A stretch of 64,000 bases of DNA, taken from the sequence record SRR2962707_771; one strand, written 5' to 3'. How positions within the stretch are numbered: the first letter of the stretch is position 1; each line of letters begins with the position of its first letter. This document shows, piece after piece, positions 48,223-60,900 of this stretch. The notes below the pieces were generated by a model. It searched no databases, was not told the DNA's origin, and saw nothing but the letters and a program-made list of their open reading frames with translations. The position numbers were made by a program, and so were the translations under genes.

Positions 48223-49039
48223 AAAAGTTGTCCTGTTAGTAGAATACGATGGGTCAGCCTATAAGGGCTGGCAAGCGCAAAAATACGATGTACCCAGTGT
48301 CCAAGAAAATATCGAAAAAGCACTTAGCGTGATTGCCAATCACAAGGTCAGTGTTGTGTGCGCTGGAAGAACCGATTCTGGTGTTCATGCAAGCGCACAG
48401 GTTGTGCATTTTGAAACCGATGTAGAGCGTAGTGAGCGATCTTGGACATTAGGGGTGAATACCCACCTTCCTAGTGATATTGCCGTGGTTGCCGCGCGTT
48501 ATGTTGATGATGAATTTCATGCGCGCTTTAGTGCTTTGAGTCGTCGTTATCGTTACGTGATTTATCAATCTGCACTGCGTCCAGCTTTATTATCCAAAGG
48601 CCTCACCTGGACCTATAAAACATTAGACGTCGAGCGAATGAAAGCGGCGGCGACGTGTTTTCTAGGGACCCATGACTTTAGCTCTTTTCGAGCGGTTGGT
48701 TGTCAGGCAAATACCCCAACACGAACGATTTTAAACTTTTCAGTGCAACAGCTTGGTCAATACGTCGTGTTAGATGTTCGAGCCAATGCATTTTTGCATC
48801 ATATGATCCGAAATTTTGCTGGCGTGTTGATGACCATAGGGGCTGGTGAAAAACCGGTTTCTTGGGCGAAAGAAGTATTAGAAGCTAAGGACAGAACCAA
48901 AGGGGGTATTACGGCACCGCCAACGGGGCTGTACTTTGTGGATGCGGAATATCCTGAGCATTTTAATGTGCCGCAGCGACCTCTTGGGCCGCATTTTTTG
49001 CCTTATGTAGAAGAGCCTGAGTATGTCTTGTCGCGTTAA
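48215..49039 (+). CDS. truA: tRNA pseudouridine(38-40) synthase
   Basis: EYDGS..GWQ, AGRTDSGVHA, FHARF, FLHHMIR. Confidence 0.97.
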   Translation: MTKKVVLLVEYDGSAYKGWQAQKYDVPSVQENIEKALSVIANHKVSVVCAGRTDSGVHASAQVVHFETDVERSERSWTLGVNTHLPSDIAVVAARYVDDEFHARFSALSRRYRYVIYQSALRPALLSKGLTWTYKTLDVERMKAAATCFLGTHDFSSFRAVGCQANTPTRTILNFSVQQLGQYVVLDVRANAFLHHMIRNFAGVLMTIGAGEKPVSWAKEVLEAKDRTKGGITAPPTGLYFVDAEYPEHFNVPQRPLGPHFLPYVEEPEYVLSR

Positions 49040-49643
49040 AATCTGCGGAATTACGAACCTAGAAGACGCATTGGCCGCCTGTGATTATGGTGCTGATGCA
49101 TTGGGGTTTGTTTTTTATCCAAAAAGTCCGCGCTATATTGATCCTGTTAAAGCCAATGAGATTGTTGCTCAGCTACCGCCTTTTGTTGTGCCTGTTGCGC
49201 TTTTTGTTGATGCTCAAGCAGAGGATATAGAGAGCGTTGTGGCCAATAACGCACGTTGGTTGATTCAGTTTCACGGGAATGAATCAGAAGCGGAGTGTTT
49301 ATCCTATAATCGTCCTTATGTAAAAGCCTTGCGGGTAAAAGAGGGGGATGACCTCTTGCTGGCCGCACAATCCTATCCATCCGCCTCGGCGATTTTGCTC
49401 GATGCCTACAAAGCGGGCGTGCCTGGTGGTACAGGGGAAGTATTTAATTGGTCTTTGATTCCTGAAGTATTGCCATTACCGGTGATTTTGGCCGGTGGTT
49501 TAACACCTGATAATGTTGCGCATGCGGTTGAGCAAGTTGCTCCTTATGCTGTGGACGTCAGTGGCGGTGTTGAGGCGTCCAAAGGGCTAAAGAATAATGC
49601 GAAAGTAAAACAATTTATTAGTGGAGCAAAACGTGAGCAATAA
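49023..49643 (+). CDS. trpF: Phosphoribosylanthranilate isomerase
   Basis: [30 protein letters not shown]. Confidence 0.96.
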   Translation: MSCRVKICGITNLEDALAACDYGADALGFVFYPKSPRYIDPVKANEIVAQLPPFVVPVALFVDAQAEDIESVVANNARWLIQFHGNESEAECLSYNRPYVKALRVKEGDDLLLAAQSYPSASAILLDAYKAGVPGGTGEVFNWSLIPEVLPLPVILAGGLTPDNVAHAVEQVAPYAVDVSGGVEASKGLKNNAKVKQFISGAKREQ

Positions 49644-50844
49644 AGATATAGATCAAACCTTGCCTGATGAGCACGGTCGTTTTGGTCAGTACGGTGGAGT
49701 CTTCGTTTCTGAAACGTTAATGTCTGCACTGGATGATTTGACAAAAATGTATGAAGAGTTATCCCAGAGCGCGGAATTTCAAGCCGCGTTTGATAAGGAT
49801 TTAGCCCATTATGTAGGTCGTCCTTCTCCCTTGTATTTCGCTGAGCGATTAACGGCGAAAGCGGGTGGCGCAAAGATTTATCTTAAACGTGAAGATTTGA
49901 ACCACACAGGCGCACATAAGATTAACAACACCATTGGTCAAGCCTTGTTGGCGAAGCACATGGGTAAGCCAAACATCATTGCTGAAACCGGAGCAGGCCA
50001 GCATGGTGTTGCTTCTGCGACTGTGGCGGCGCGTCTTGGCTTAAATTGTAAAGTATTCATGGGCGCGGAAGACATTCGTCGCCAAAAGCTGAATGTTTAT
50101 CGCATGAAGCTATTGGGTGCAGAAGTGATTTCGGTTGAGTCTGGAACCAAGACACTTAAAGACGCATTGAATGAAGCGATGCGTTATTGGGTGAGCAATG
50201 TAGACGATACTTTCTACATTATTGGTACCGCAGCGGGCCCTCACCCGTACCCTAAATTAGTGCGTGATTTCCAAGCGGTAATTGGTCGTGAGACCAAAGA
50301 GCAGTGCATGGCGCAAGAAGGCCGTTTACCGGATGCCGTGGTAGCCTGTGTAGGTGGTGGTTCTAACGCGATAGGTATGTTCCATCCTTTTATTGGGGAT
50401 GATGGCGTTGCTATGTACGGTGTCGAGGCTGGTGGTGATGGCCTAGAAACAGGTCGACATGCCGCGCCTTTGTCTGCAGGTCGCCCTGGTGTTCTGCATG
50501 GAAACCGTACTTATGTGATGGCAGACGATGACGGCCAGATTATTGGTACGCATTCTATTTCTGCCGGTTTGGATTACCCAGGTGTTGGTCCAGAGCACGC
50601 TTGGTTAAAAGACATTGGTCGTGCGCAGTATGTTGCCATCAATGATGACGAAGCGATGGATGGTTTCCATGATTTGACCCGTCTTGAAGGCATTATGCCT
50701 GCGCTAGAATCCAGTCACGCAGTGGCGTACGGTATGAAACTTGCGGCGACGATGGAAAAAGACAAAATTGTTGTGATTAACCTGTCTGGTCGAGGCGACA
50801 AAGACATTATGACGGTGGCTGAATTGGATGGGATTGAAGTATGA
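49633..50844 (+). CDS. trpB: Tryptophan synthase beta chain
   Basis: [38 protein letters not shown] at 49633 after GGAG. Confidence 0.98.
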   Translation: MSNKDIDQTLPDEHGRFGQYGGVFVSETLMSALDDLTKMYEELSQSAEFQAAFDKDLAHYVGRPSPLYFAERLTAKAGGAKIYLKREDLNHTGAHKINNTIGQALLAKHMGKPNIIAETGAGQHGVASATVAARLGLNCKVFMGAEDIRRQKLNVYRMKLLGAEVISVESGTKTLKDALNEAMRYWVSNVDDTFYIIGTAAGPHPYPKLVRDFQAVIGRETKEQCMAQEGRLPDAVVACVGGGSNAIGMFHPFIGDDGVAMYGVEAGGDGLETGRHAAPLSAGRPGVLHGNRTYVMADDDGQIIGTHSISAGLDYPGVGPEHAWLKDIGRAQYVAINDDEAMDGFHDLTRLEGIMPALESSHAVAYGMKLAATMEKDKIVVINLSGRGDKDIMTVAELDGIEV

Positions 50845-51647
50845 GCCGAATTAAACAGTGTTTCGCACAACTTGCTGAATCTGGAAAGAAAGCATTAATT
50901 CCATATATTACGGCGGGCGACCCAACGCCAGAGCATACTGTGACTATAATGAATGGTTTAGTGGACGCTGGGGCGGATGTTATAGAAATTGGCATGCCAT
51001 TTTCTGACCCTATGGCCGACGGACCAGTGATACAGTTGGCTTGTGAGCGTAGCTTAGCGGCGGGCACGAGCGTGCGAAAAGTATTGGCTATTATTGCGGA
51101 ATTTCGTAAGCACAATACCCATACGCCAGTGGTGTTAATGGGCTATTTGAACCCAATTGAGTTCTTTGGTTATCAAGCTTTTGCAAATTCTGCGAAAGAA
51201 GCGGGTGTAGATGGTATTTTATTAGTCGATCTGACTCCAGAAGAGGCGACAGATGTAGTAGAATGCTTCCGCCAAAACGAGATTGACCTAATTTATTTGT
51301 TGTCACCAACAACGACACCAGCGAGAGCGAAGAAAATTTGTGATCTGGCTTCTGGGTATGTGTATTACGTATCTGTAAAAGGGGTGACTGGTACCGCTGA
51401 GTTGGATGTCGCCAGTGTTAAGCAGCATGTTGATGCTTTGCGTGATATTACGGACCTTCCAATTGGAGTGGGTTTTGGTATTCGTGATGCGAAAACAGCG
51501 GCAGCCGTTGGTCACTGTGCAGACGGTGTCATCGTTGGTAGTGTTTTGGTTAACGCCATTGCTGAAAATAAAGATCAGCCAAAAGAATATATCGCTGACG
51601 CTTTGAAAGCCATTTTAGCGCCAATGCGCAACGAAATGGACGCCTAA
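50841..51647 (+). CDS. trpA: Tryptophan synthase alpha chain
   Basis: [29 protein letters not shown]. Confidence 0.97.
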   Translation: MSRIKQCFAQLAESGKKALIPYITAGDPTPEHTVTIMNGLVDAGADVIEIGMPFSDPMADGPVIQLACERSLAAGTSVRKVLAIIAEFRKHNTHTPVVLMGYLNPIEFFGYQAFANSAKEAGVDGILLVDLTPEEATDVVECFRQNEIDLIYLLSPTTTPARAKKICDLASGYVYYVSVKGVTGTAELDVASVKQHVDALRDITDLPIGVGFGIRDAKTAAAVGHCADGVIVGSVLVNAIAENKDQPKEYIADALKAILAPMRNEMDA

Positions 51648-51680
51648 GCGGCAGCCGTAAACAGAGATATGGAGAAATAA

Positions 51681-52544
51681 ATGAGTAGCTGGTTAGACAA
51701 ATTTGTACCTTCGATTGTACGTAGTGAATCGAAGCGAGGATCAGGTTCTGTTCCTGAGGGTTTATGGAAAAAATGCCCTAAGTGTGACAACGTTCTTTAT
51801 CGCCCTGAGCTAGAGAAAAATTTGGATGTTTGTCCAAAATGTCACCACCATTTGCGTGTGAATGCCCGTCGTCGTCTGGATATTTTCTTGGACAAAGAAG
51901 GTCGTTTTGAAATTGGCGCCCATCTTGAGCCTGAAGACAAACTGAAATTCAAAGACACGAAACGCTACAAAGATCGTATTACGGCAGCTCAAAAAGCCAC
52001 TGGCGAAAAAGACGCCTTGGTAGCAATGGAAGGGGCTCTAAACGGCATGCCTGTTGTGGCGGTGGCGTTTGAATTTAGTTTCCTTGGTGGTTCTATGGGA
52101 GCGATTGTTGGTGAACGTTTCATTCAGGCCGTTAATGTGTGCCTTGAAAAACGCATCCCACTAATTTGTTTCTCCGCAAGTGGCGGCGCACGTATGCAAG
52201 AAGCGTTGATTTCTTTGATGCAGATGGCAAAAACCAGCGCAGGCCTTGAGCGTATGAAACAAGAAGGCATCCCTTACATTTCTGTGATGACCGATCCTGT
52301 GTTTGGTGGTGTATCGGCTTCTCTTGCTATGTTGGGTGACCTAAACGTTGCTGAGCCAAATGCGTTGATCGGTTTTGCTGGTCCTCGTGTTATCGAGCAA
52401 ACAGTACGTGAAAAATTACCTGCTGGCTTCCAGCGCAGTGAGTTCTTGCTGGAAAAAGGCGCGCTTGACATGATCATCAAACGTGAAGACATGCGTGATC
52501 GTTTGTTTAATATCTTGTCATTGTTGACGAACAGAGCGGCATAA
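51681..52544 (+). CDS. accD: Acetyl-CoA carboxylase carboxyltransferase beta subunit
   Basis: Zinc finger CPKC...[25 protein letters not shown]. Confidence 0.97.
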   Translation: MSSWLDKFVPSIVRSESKRGSGSVPEGLWKKCPKCDNVLYRPELEKNLDVCPKCHHHLRVNARRRLDIFLDKEGRFEIGAHLEPEDKLKFKDTKRYKDRITAAQKATGEKDALVAMEGALNGMPVVAVAFEFSFLGGSMGAIVGERFIQAVNVCLEKRIPLICFSASGGARMQEALISLMQMAKTSAGLERMKQEGIPYISVMTDPVFGGVSASLAMLGDLNVAEPNALIGFAGPRVIEQTVREKLPAGFQRSEFLLEKGALDMIIKREDMRDRLFNILSLLTNRAA

Positions 52545-52548
52545 ATAA

Positions 52549-53799
52549 ATGACGCCAACGTCGTTAGATAATTGGCTCTCGTACATCGAGAGCCAACATC
52601 CCTCCGAGATCGAATTAGGTCTGGCGCGAGGCAGTTCAGTGTTAGAGAAGCTTGCTGTCTCTAGACCGAAAAACGAAATCATCACGGTAGCGGGAACCAA
52701 CGGCAAGGGCTCTACTTGCGCTATGTTGACCCAATATCTATCGTCCCAAGGCCACTCAGTTGGTACCTATACCTCTCCCCATTTTCTTGCCTTTAATGAG
52801 CGCATTGCTCTGAACAATGAGCCTTGCAATGATGAACTTATTTGTCAGGCTTTTGAGGCGATTGAATTGGCTCGAGGAAGCACACCGTTAACCTATTTTG
52901 AATTCAGTACCTTGGCTGCATTGTGGATTTTCTCCCAGTCAGACCTTGATTATTGGGTGTTAGAAGTGGGCTTAGGTGGGCGCTTGGATTCGGTCAACAT
53001 GGTGGATGCCGACGTCGCGGTAGTGACCTCGATTGCGCTGGACCATACGGATTGGTTAGGCGACTCGATTGAGGTTATTGCGCGTGAGAAAACCGGCATA
53101 GCACGTCGTGACAAGCTGTTGGTAAGTGGTGTGGTCAATCCACCAGGTAGCTTGGCTGAGACGGCGATCATGATAGGCGCTGATTTACGCCAAAAAGGCG
53201 AGCACTTCTCTTATCAGGTGACTGGGCAGGAATGGTCTTGGACAGGAAATGAGTGTTCTTATCATCATTTGCCATTGCCTAATTTGCCGATTGAAAACGC
53301 CGCCACTGTGATTGCGGTGCTTAGCTATATGGGGCTTGAGCCGGATGAAGCTGCGCTTCAAGACTTGTTTGCCAGTGCCCAACTAACCGGTCGTTTTCAA
53401 AAAGTCAGTGATGCTCCTCTTATCTATATTGATGTGGCGCACAACCCAGAAGCCGCCTCGGAATTGGCGAAGCGGGTGGCGGCCTTTGAAAGCAAGCCAA
53501 TTGCGGTTTGTGGCATGTTAAAAGACAAAGACATCAACAGTGTTATGGTGTCTCTTGCTGATAAGTTCTCCGCTTGGCATTTAGCGGATTTGGGCGGCCC
53601 AAGAGGGGCCAAAGCGCAAGACCTGATGGCCATATTGGAACAGCACAATGTCAAACATATCACAGCATACAAAAGGGTAGCGGATGCTTTTGATGCGGCG
53701 TCAGGGAAGGCGTTAGAAGAGAATCGACCTGTTGTGGTATTCGGTTCTTTTGTAACCGTGACCGATTATTTGGCTCATACCAAGCAGAAGGAGGCGTGA
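52549..53799 (+). CDS. folC: Folylpolyglutamate/dihydrofolate synthase
   Basis: VAGTNGKGST, YTSPH, LEVGLGGRLD, DVAHNP. Confidence 0.96.
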   Translation: MTPTSLDNWLSYIESQHPSEIELGLARGSSVLEKLAVSRPKNEIITVAGTNGKGSTCAMLTQYLSSQGHSVGTYTSPHFLAFNERIALNNEPCNDELICQAFEAIELARGSTPLTYFEFSTLAALWIFSQSDLDYWVLEVGLGGRLDSVNMVDADVAVVTSIALDHTDWLGDSIEVIAREKTGIARRDKLLVSGVVNPPGSLAETAIMIGADLRQKGEHFSYQVTGQEWSWTGNECSYHHLPLPNLPIENAATVIAVLSYMGLEPDEAALQDLFASAQLTGRFQKVSDAPLIYIDVAHNPEAASELAKRVAAFESKPIAVCGMLKDKDINSVMVSLADKFSAWHLADLGGPRGAKAQDLMAILEQHNVKHITAYKRVADAFDAASGKALEENRPVVVFGSFVTVTDYLAHTKQKEA

Positions 53800-54392
53800 T
53801 GTTAGATAAAAAAATGACGCATAGATTGATTGGTGCCAGTATCTTGATTGTGGCCGCGGCCATTATTTTGCCACAGATTCTAGACGGTGAACGTCCGCCT
53901 GAATTGGATGTGCAAGTGGTCGTGAGTAAACCTCCTGTGTTTCCGGAGGTGAAAATCGCGCCTGCCCAGTCATTGGATGAATTGCCGGACGCCAGCGACA
54001 GTCAAACGCCAGAATCCTCACCTCAGGTGGTTAATACTGATGCCAAGTCGGCACAAGATATTACGCTTGTTTCCGAGGCTAAAAAGCCAGTTGCAGCACC
54101 CACTCCTGTGGTTAAGGCCAAACCTCCGGTCAAGCAGGAGCCAGTCAAAGCACCGGCACCTACCGGCCGCTGGACGGTTCAAATTGCCACCTTTGCACAA
54201 GAAGACAATGCCAAGCGTTTGGTTAATAAGCTGAAAAAAGCCGATTACCCAGCTTACAGCATTACGACTAACTCATTGTTCAAGGTGTTCGTTGGTCCAG
54301 AGTTGGATCGACCAACCTCAGAGAAAGTGCAAGCTGACATCCATAAAAAGTTTTCTCTAAAAGGAATCGTGGTGAAGTTTTCTGAGAATTAA
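53796..54392 (+). CDS. dedD: SPOR-domain cell division protein DedD
   Basis: N-terminal TM (RLIGA), Pro-rich linker, SPOR domain (WTVQIATF, VFVGP); between folC and cvpA. Confidence 0.85.
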   Translation: MMLDKKMTHRLIGASILIVAAAIILPQILDGERPPELDVQVVVSKPPVFPEVKIAPAQSLDELPDASDSQTPESSPQVVNTDAKSAQDITLVSEAKKPVAAPTPVVKAKPPVKQEPVKAPAPTGRWTVQIATFAQEDNAKRLVNKLKKADYPAYSITTNSLFKVFVGPELDRPTSEKVQADIHKKFSLKGIVVKFSEN

Positions 54393-54466
54393 TACAAGTT
54401 TTGTTTGGTAGTATTTGGATTATCTTAACCTTCTGTTAAACTTCGCGCGCTTTAAATAGGGTTGTT

Positions 54467-55000
54467 ATGGACGCTGTAAACTCAATTTCTACATTGGACT
54501 GGCTGATCATTGCCGTCGTTATTATTTCTACTCTACTGAGTTTGAAAAGGGGATTTGTTAAAGAGGTTCTATCCTTACTTACCTGGGTTATAGCCTTTGT
54601 GGTGGCGATAAAATTCTCTGATAACATGCAGGCATTATTGATGGATCAGGTTCAAAGTGATCAGATCCGTTACATAGTTTCATTTGTTTCTTTATTTGTA
54701 GCAAGCTTAATAATTTGTGCATTAGCGAGCTATTTGATTGGCTCTTTAATACAGGTAACCGGCCTTTCTAGCACAGACAGAGTGCTAGGCATGGTTTTTG
54801 GTTTTGCAAAAGGCGGCTTAATTGTTGTGGCTTTTGTGTCTTTGCTGAGCTTAAGCCCAGCAATAGAAAAAACAGAGCTTTGGAAGTCATCACAATTGAT
54901 TCCTCAATTAGTGCTTTTGAAAGACTGGACGCGTGAAATGTTAGGCAAGAGTTCGGATCTTGTGGATCCGTCTCTCATTGACCGCGCCCTTGGAAATTAG
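54467..55000 (+). CDS. cvpA: CvpA-family membrane protein
   Basis: RGFVKEVLSL, TGLSSTDRVLGMVFG; precedes purF. Confidence 0.93.
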   Translation: MDAVNSISTLDWLIIAVVIISTLLSLKRGFVKEVLSLLTWVIAFVVAIKFSDNMQALLMDQVQSDQIRYIVSFVSLFVASLIICALASYLIGSLIQVTGLSSTDRVLGMVFGFAKGGLIVVAFVSLLSLSPAIEKTELWKSSQLIPQLVLLKDWTREMLGKSSDLVDPSLIDRALGN

Positions 55001-55076
55001 TTGCTTCTCTGGCAACGAAAGAAGAACCTTTATTGTGTTTTATAAGCACAATTTCCCCAACACGAGGATCTAGAAC

Positions 55077-56585
55077 ATGTGTGGTATCGTTGGTGTCGTA
55101 GGCACATCCATGGTCAATCAAGCCATTTTTGATGCATTAACTTTGCTTCAGCATCGCGGGCAAGATGCAGCAGGAATGGTAACCAGCCATAATGGACGTC
55201 TGTGTTTACGCAAAGACAATGGTCCGGTTAGTGAGGTGTTTCGTACACGTCACATGAAAAAACTTCATGGTAATATTGGCATTGGGCATGCCCGTTACCC
55301 TACAGCAGGTACCTCGAGTTCTGCTGAAGCACAACCTTTTTACGTTAACTCTCCTTACGGTATTTCTCTTGCTCATAATGGCAACTTGACCAACACTGAA
55401 AAGCTTAAGCAAGAAGTGTTTGAGTCTGATCTTCGCCATGTGAACACGACGTCTGATTCAGAAGTGTTGTTGAATGTATTGGCTCATGAACTTCATTTAG
55501 AAGGTAAGCTGACACCGACACCAGAAGATATTTTCAATGCGTTAGAGCGAGTCTATAAGCGAATTGAAGGTGGTTACGCGGTTGTCGCTTTGATCACTGG
55601 TTACGGTATTTTGGCGTTTCGTGATCCAGATGGTATTCGCCCATTAATTTATGGCTCTAAACAGACCGACAATGGTATCGAATACATGGTGGCGTCTGAA
55701 AGCGTCGCATTGGACGCTGGCGGTTTCACAATAGAACGTGATATCCAGCCTGGTGAAGCGATTTTCTTTGATGTGAACCATAAGGTTCATGTGCGTCAGT
55801 GCACACCGAAAAAAGTGGCTCGTCCTTGTTTGTTTGAGTACGTTTATTTTGCTCGTCCGGACACAGTGATCGACAGTATTTCTGTTTATAAAGCCCGCAT
55901 GAACATGGGTGATCGATTGGCAGAGAAGATCCAACGCGAATGGAAAGATCATGATATTGATGTTGTCATTCCGATCCCGGATACCAGCCGTACTGCCGCA
56001 CTACAGATTGCACAAACACTGAATATCCCATTCCGTGAAGGCTTGGTGAAGAACCGCTACATTGGCCGTACTTTTATCATGCCAGGGCAAGCGGTTCGTA
56101 AAAAATCCGTTCGTCAAAAATTGAACCCTGTGCCGTTTGAATTTAAAGACAAAACGGTGCTATTGGTAGATGACTCGATTGTTCGTGGTACCACGAGTAA
56201 AGAAATCATTGAAATGGCGCGTGATGCTGGCGCGAAAAAAGTATACATCGCTTCGGCGGCACCTGAGGTGCGTTACCCGAATGTGTATGGTATTGATATG
56301 CCAGCCGTTACTGAGTTGATTGCTCACGATCGCAATGTGGATGAAATTTGTGAGTTAATCGGCGCTGACAAATTGATTTTCCAAGATTTGGGTGATTTGA
56401 TTGAAGCTTGTATTGATGAGAAGCACTCTGATGTACGTGAATTCGATACGTCTGTATTCGATGGAAAATACATTACTGGGGATATCACTGAAGCGTATCT
56501 TGCTCGTCTTGAGAATGCGCGAAATGATACTCAAAAGGACTCTATTGAAAATGCAGCTAGTAGTGACATGATGCACCCTATGTAG
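55077..56585 (+). CDS. purF: Amidophosphoribosyltransferase
   Basis: [28 protein letters not shown]. Confidence 0.98.
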   Translation: MCGIVGVVGTSMVNQAIFDALTLLQHRGQDAAGMVTSHNGRLCLRKDNGPVSEVFRTRHMKKLHGNIGIGHARYPTAGTSSSAEAQPFYVNSPYGISLAHNGNLTNTEKLKQEVFESDLRHVNTTSDSEVLLNVLAHELHLEGKLTPTPEDIFNALERVYKRIEGGYAVVALITGYGILAFRDPDGIRPLIYGSKQTDNGIEYMVASESVALDAGGFTIERDIQPGEAIFFDVNHKVHVRQCTPKKVARPCLFEYVYFARPDTVIDSISVYKARMNMGDRLAEKIQREWKDHDIDVVIPIPDTSRTAALQIAQTLNIPFREGLVKNRYIGRTFIMPGQAVRKKSVRQKLNPVPFEFKDKTVLLVDDSIVRGTTSKEIIEMARDAGAKKVYIASAAPEVRYPNVYGIDMPAVTELIAHDRNVDEICELIGADKLIFQDLGDLIEACIDEKHSDVREFDTSVFDGKYITGDITEAYLARLENARNDTQKDSIENAASSDMMHPM

Positions 56586-56611
56586 CAAACTAATGCAATA
56601 GTGACTTACGA

Positions 56612-56648
56612 AACAAAGCCAGGTCACACGCCTGGCTTTGTTGTTTTT
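56612..56648 (+). terminator. Terminator-like hairpin between purF and metZ
   Basis: 12-bp stem AACAAAGCCAGG/CCTGGCTTTGTT followed by GTTTTT. Confidence 0.7.
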
Positions 56649-56675
56649 AGTTAAGGCAATTTTGGAGAGACACGA

Positions 56676-57851
56676 ATGTCGGAATACAAAGACGCAACAA
56701 ATGCCATTCATGCAGGTGTTCGTCAGACACAAGAGCAAGAAAACAGCGAAGCCATTTTTATGACATCAAGCTTTGCTTACGCCAGTGCGGAAGAAGCCGC
56801 GAGTAAGTTTTCTGGTGCAGAAGATGGAAATGTGTATTCACGGTTTACCAATCCGACCGTTGAGTTGTTTGAAAAGCGCTTAGCAAACCTTGAGAAAGGC
56901 GAAGCGGCGATTGCAACAAGCTCTGGTATGGCGGCATTAATGACCATGGCATACAGCTTATTGAGCGCTGGCGATCGCGTGGTGTGTTCGCTGAATGTAT
57001 TCGGTTCAACGATTAAGTTTTTCAACACATACACCACAAAATTTGGCATCGACGTGGTGTATGTTGACGCCACTGATTACGCAGCGTGGGAAGCCGCCAT
57101 TGACAGCAATACCAAGCTTTGCTTTTTTGAAACGCCGTCTAATCCACTATATGACGTAGTGGATGTAGAACGCGTGGCCGCATTGGCTCATAGCAAGGGC
57201 GCTTTGTTGTGTGTTGATAATGTGTTGGCGACCCCAGCGTTGCAAAACCCATTGACACAGGGTGCGGACATTGTGATGCAGTCGGCGACCAAGTTCATTG
57301 ATGGGCAAGGTCGTAGTTTGGGTGGTGCCTTGATCGCAAGCCAAGAGATTGTTGATGAGTTTGTTGGCTTTATGCGCAGCGCCGGGCCATGCATGAGCCC
57401 ATTTAATGCCTGGGTGTTGGTGAATGGCTTAGAAACGTTATCGTTGCGTATGAAAGCGCATTCTGCAAACGCGATGAAGTTGGCGGAATTCTTGGAATCT
57501 CACCCGAAAGTGAAAAAAGTAAACTACGGTGGGTTGCCAAGCCATAAATACCACGAATTGGCGAAACGCCAGCAAAAAGATTTTGGTGGTTTGTTGTCGT
57601 TCGAATTAGACGGCGGTCGTGAGGCAGCATGGGCGGTGATTAATGCTGCTAAACTGGTTTCCATTACGGGCAACTTGGGCGATACCAAAACCTTGGTGAC
57701 GCACCCAGCCACGACCACTCATGGTCGATTGACGGACGAGCAAAAAGCCAAAGCGGGCATTACCGAAGGCTTGATTCGTGTTTCTGTCGGTCTAGAAGAC
57801 AGCGATGATATCATTGCCGACTTTGACGGAGCATTAGCGATATTAGGCTAA
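56676..57851 (+). CDS. metZ: O-succinylhomoserine sulfhydrylase
   Basis: YSRFTNPT, SSGMAA, ETPSNP, SATKFIDGQGR, NLGD; follows purF as in Pseudomonas. Confidence 0.93.
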   Translation: MSEYKDATNAIHAGVRQTQEQENSEAIFMTSSFAYASAEEAASKFSGAEDGNVYSRFTNPTVELFEKRLANLEKGEAAIATSSGMAALMTMAYSLLSAGDRVVCSLNVFGSTIKFFNTYTTKFGIDVVYVDATDYAAWEAAIDSNTKLCFFETPSNPLYDVVDVERVAALAHSKGALLCVDNVLATPALQNPLTQGADIVMQSATKFIDGQGRSLGGALIASQEIVDEFVGFMRSAGPCMSPFNAWVLVNGLETLSLRMKAHSANAMKLAEFLESHPKVKKVNYGGLPSHKYHELAKRQQKDFGGLLSFELDGGREAAWAVINAAKLVSITGNLGDTKTLVTHPATTTHGRLTDEQKAKAGITEGLIRVSVGLEDSDDIIADFDGALAILG

Positions 57852-57865
57852 TCTTTTGGTGCGCT

Positions 57866-57903
57866 AAAAAACGGAATCGGCCAACGGGCGATTCCGTTTT
57901 TTT
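57866..57903. terminator. Bidirectional terminator
   Basis: AAAAAACGGAATCG/CGATTCCGTTTTTTT between convergent genes. Confidence 0.85.
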
Positions 57904-57954
57904 ATGTCTGGACTTTCATTCATAGAAGCTTGTCTATGGGGGAAATTCCAATGG

Positions 57955-60900
57955 TTAGCTTTCTATTGAGGCCAGTTTGTCTGCTTGGTCTTGGGCTTCT
58001 TGCTTGCGTTCTGCACGGCGATAACCGAGCACTAACAAACAAGGGGTTAAAATAAGCGTTAACGGCGTGGCAAAAGTGAGCCCACCGGCAATGGCGGTAG
58101 ACAGTTGTGTCCACCATTGAGCCGAAGGCGCACCGACGCTGATGGATTGGTGGATCAGGTCCACGTTCAGTTGGAACACCATAGGCACCAAGCCTAGAAT
58201 GGTGGTGATGGTGGTCAGCATGACGGGGCGTAAACGCTGTACTCCGGTGCGAATCGCCGCCTCACGCACTTTCATACCTTGGGCTCTTAGGGTGTTAAAA
58301 GTGTCGATCAGGACAATGTTGTTGTTGACGACTATGCCCGCCAACGCAATCACCCCAACGCCGCTCATCACCACGCCAAATGGCTGACCTTTTAGCATCA
58401 AGCCAATAAACACGCCGATCGTGGAGAAGATAACCGCGCTCAGGATCAATATGCACTGGAAGAAATTATTAAACTGAGTCACTAAAATGATCGCCATAAT
58501 AAAGAACGCGACAAAGAAGGCTTTCATTAAAAAGTCGGTGGATTTTTGTTGGTTCTCCGTATTGCCTCGGAACTGGTAAGAAACCATATTAGGCAGCTCA
58601 GAATCCAGCTGCGCTTTGATTTGATTGATCACATTGTTGACCACCACGCCATCTTGAACGTTGGCATCAATGGTGATGGTTTTTTTGCCATCCGTTCGAT
58701 TAATTACCCCTTGTTTGGGGCCGGCGTAACGGTGAATAAAGTTGCTGGCGGGAATCGGCCCTTGAGAAGAAGGGATCTGCAACTGATCAAGCTGCTCTAG
58801 GCTGCGCTGATTGACCGGATAACGCAGGACTATGTCGATCTTGTCGTCGGCGCCTTCTGGTAAGAAGTCGCTGAGAATTAATCCGTTGCTCACCAGTTTG
58901 ACCACATTGCCTAGGGTGTTCATATCGACACCATAGCGACTGGCTTTGGCGCGATCCACTTCGATTCGCCATTCAATGCCTGGCAATGAACGATCGTCTT
59001 CCACGGAAATAATGCTGCTTTGTGACCTCAGTTGCTGAGAGATTAAATCCGCCGCTTCATTTAGAGGTTGGCTGTAATCGGAGCTGAGTTCTAATTGAAT
59101 GTCTGCGCCCGATTGAGGGCCGTCCTGTTGCACTTCTGTGGTGACCAGTATGCCTGGGATTTGAGCGGTTTTCTGGCGAATTTGCTTGAGTATTTCATTG
59201 GCTGGCTCACGTTGAGACCAATCAATAAACTCCATGGAAATTTTGCCTATGCTGTCTGCTGCGTCTGTGTTTCCTGGGCTATCAAAGGTTGTTGCTATGA
59301 GGGTTTTTAGATTCGGGTTGCCAACGAGGAGATTTTCCACCTTGTGGACGAGCGCATCTTTTTCCTTAAGCGACAGGTTGCCACGGGCGTGAATTTCAAG
59401 GTTGGCAACGTCGGGCTCAATATTAGGGAAAAACTCCACGCCTTTGCCGTAAAGGCCATAGATGACTTGAACGCCAATGAGTAATGAAACAACAAACAGC
59501 AGTACCCAGATAGGTATTTCCACCAGGCGAGTGAGTACGCGGCTGTACCAACCAGAAAGGCCTTTGAGTTTGCTTAAATCGCCGTTTTCTGCGATCCGCA
59601 GTGACATCAGGGTGTTGTTGCTGTAACTGCCTTTTTTACCAATTAGGGAGCCAAGTGTCGGCAGAACAATGAGCGCCATCACCAGCGAAGCACACAGTGT
59701 CGCAATCACTGTGATGGGCAGGTAGCGCATAAATTCGCCGACAATATCAGGCCAAAAGAGCAATGGCATAAAGACCGCCAGTGTGGTCGCGGTAGAGGCT
59801 ATGATGGGCCATGCCATGCGCTTGGCGGCTTCGCTGTAAGCGTCTTTTTTGTTTGCGCCTTCGGCGAGTTTTCGGTCGGCGTATTCGGTGACCACAATGG
59901 CGCCATCAACCAACATGCCAACGCTTAAAATAAGGGCGAAAAGCACCACCATGTTAATGGTGTAACCTTGAATGTTGAGCAGCAAAATGCCGGCGAGAAA
60001 CGCCCCAGGGATTGCCAGCCCGACCAGGATGGCGCTGCGAATGCCGAGCGCCCATACAATGACGATCATGACTAATAAAGTGGCGGTTAACACATTGTTA
60101 AACAGATCGTTTAGAGAGGTTTTTATATTGCTGGATTCGTCTTGAGACAGGCTATACTCGATGCCTTCGGGCCATTGTTCACTGTTTTTCTTAACCAGAG
60201 CTTTGACCGCATCTAGGGTGTCAATGATGTTGGCACCCACCCGTTTAGAGACCGCGAGTGATATGCTGTTTTTGCCATCCACTCTGGCGTAACTGCTGGG
60301 GTCTTCAAAGGTCAGTTCGCCACTGGCTATATCGCCTAATTTAACAACGTTGTCGCCATCGACCTTGATTGGCAAGTTTAGAATGTCTTCTTTTGTTTTT
60401 AATAGCCCTGGCACTTTGAGTGGAAAGCGTCCCGCGCCTGTGTCTAGGTTGCCCGCCGCGACTAGTTGGTTGTTGCCTGAAACAAAGTTCGCCACATCAG
60501 AGAGGTTTAAATGGTAGCTGTTGAGCTGTTCAGGGCGGATGATGATTTGTGCTTGTTGCTCTCTGTCGCCACTGATCTGCGCTTCTAATACGCCCTTGGT
60601 GCCTTCAATTTGATCCTGTAAATCATTGGCCACGCGACTTAAGGTGGAGAACCCCACATTGCCGGATAAATTAATCCGCAGTACGGGGAAAGTCGATAAG
60701 TTGATTTCTGTTACCGTGGGCTCGTCAGCGTCATCAGGCAGTTCGCTTTTGGCGCGATTGACTTTTTCTTGAGTGTCTATGATCGCCTGATCAATGTTGG
60801 TTCCCTGATTGAACTCTAAGATGATAGAGGCGTGATTTTCAGACGCGGTTGAGCTGATTTTTTTTAGATCGTCTAGCCCTTTTAGCTCTTGCTCCAGCGG

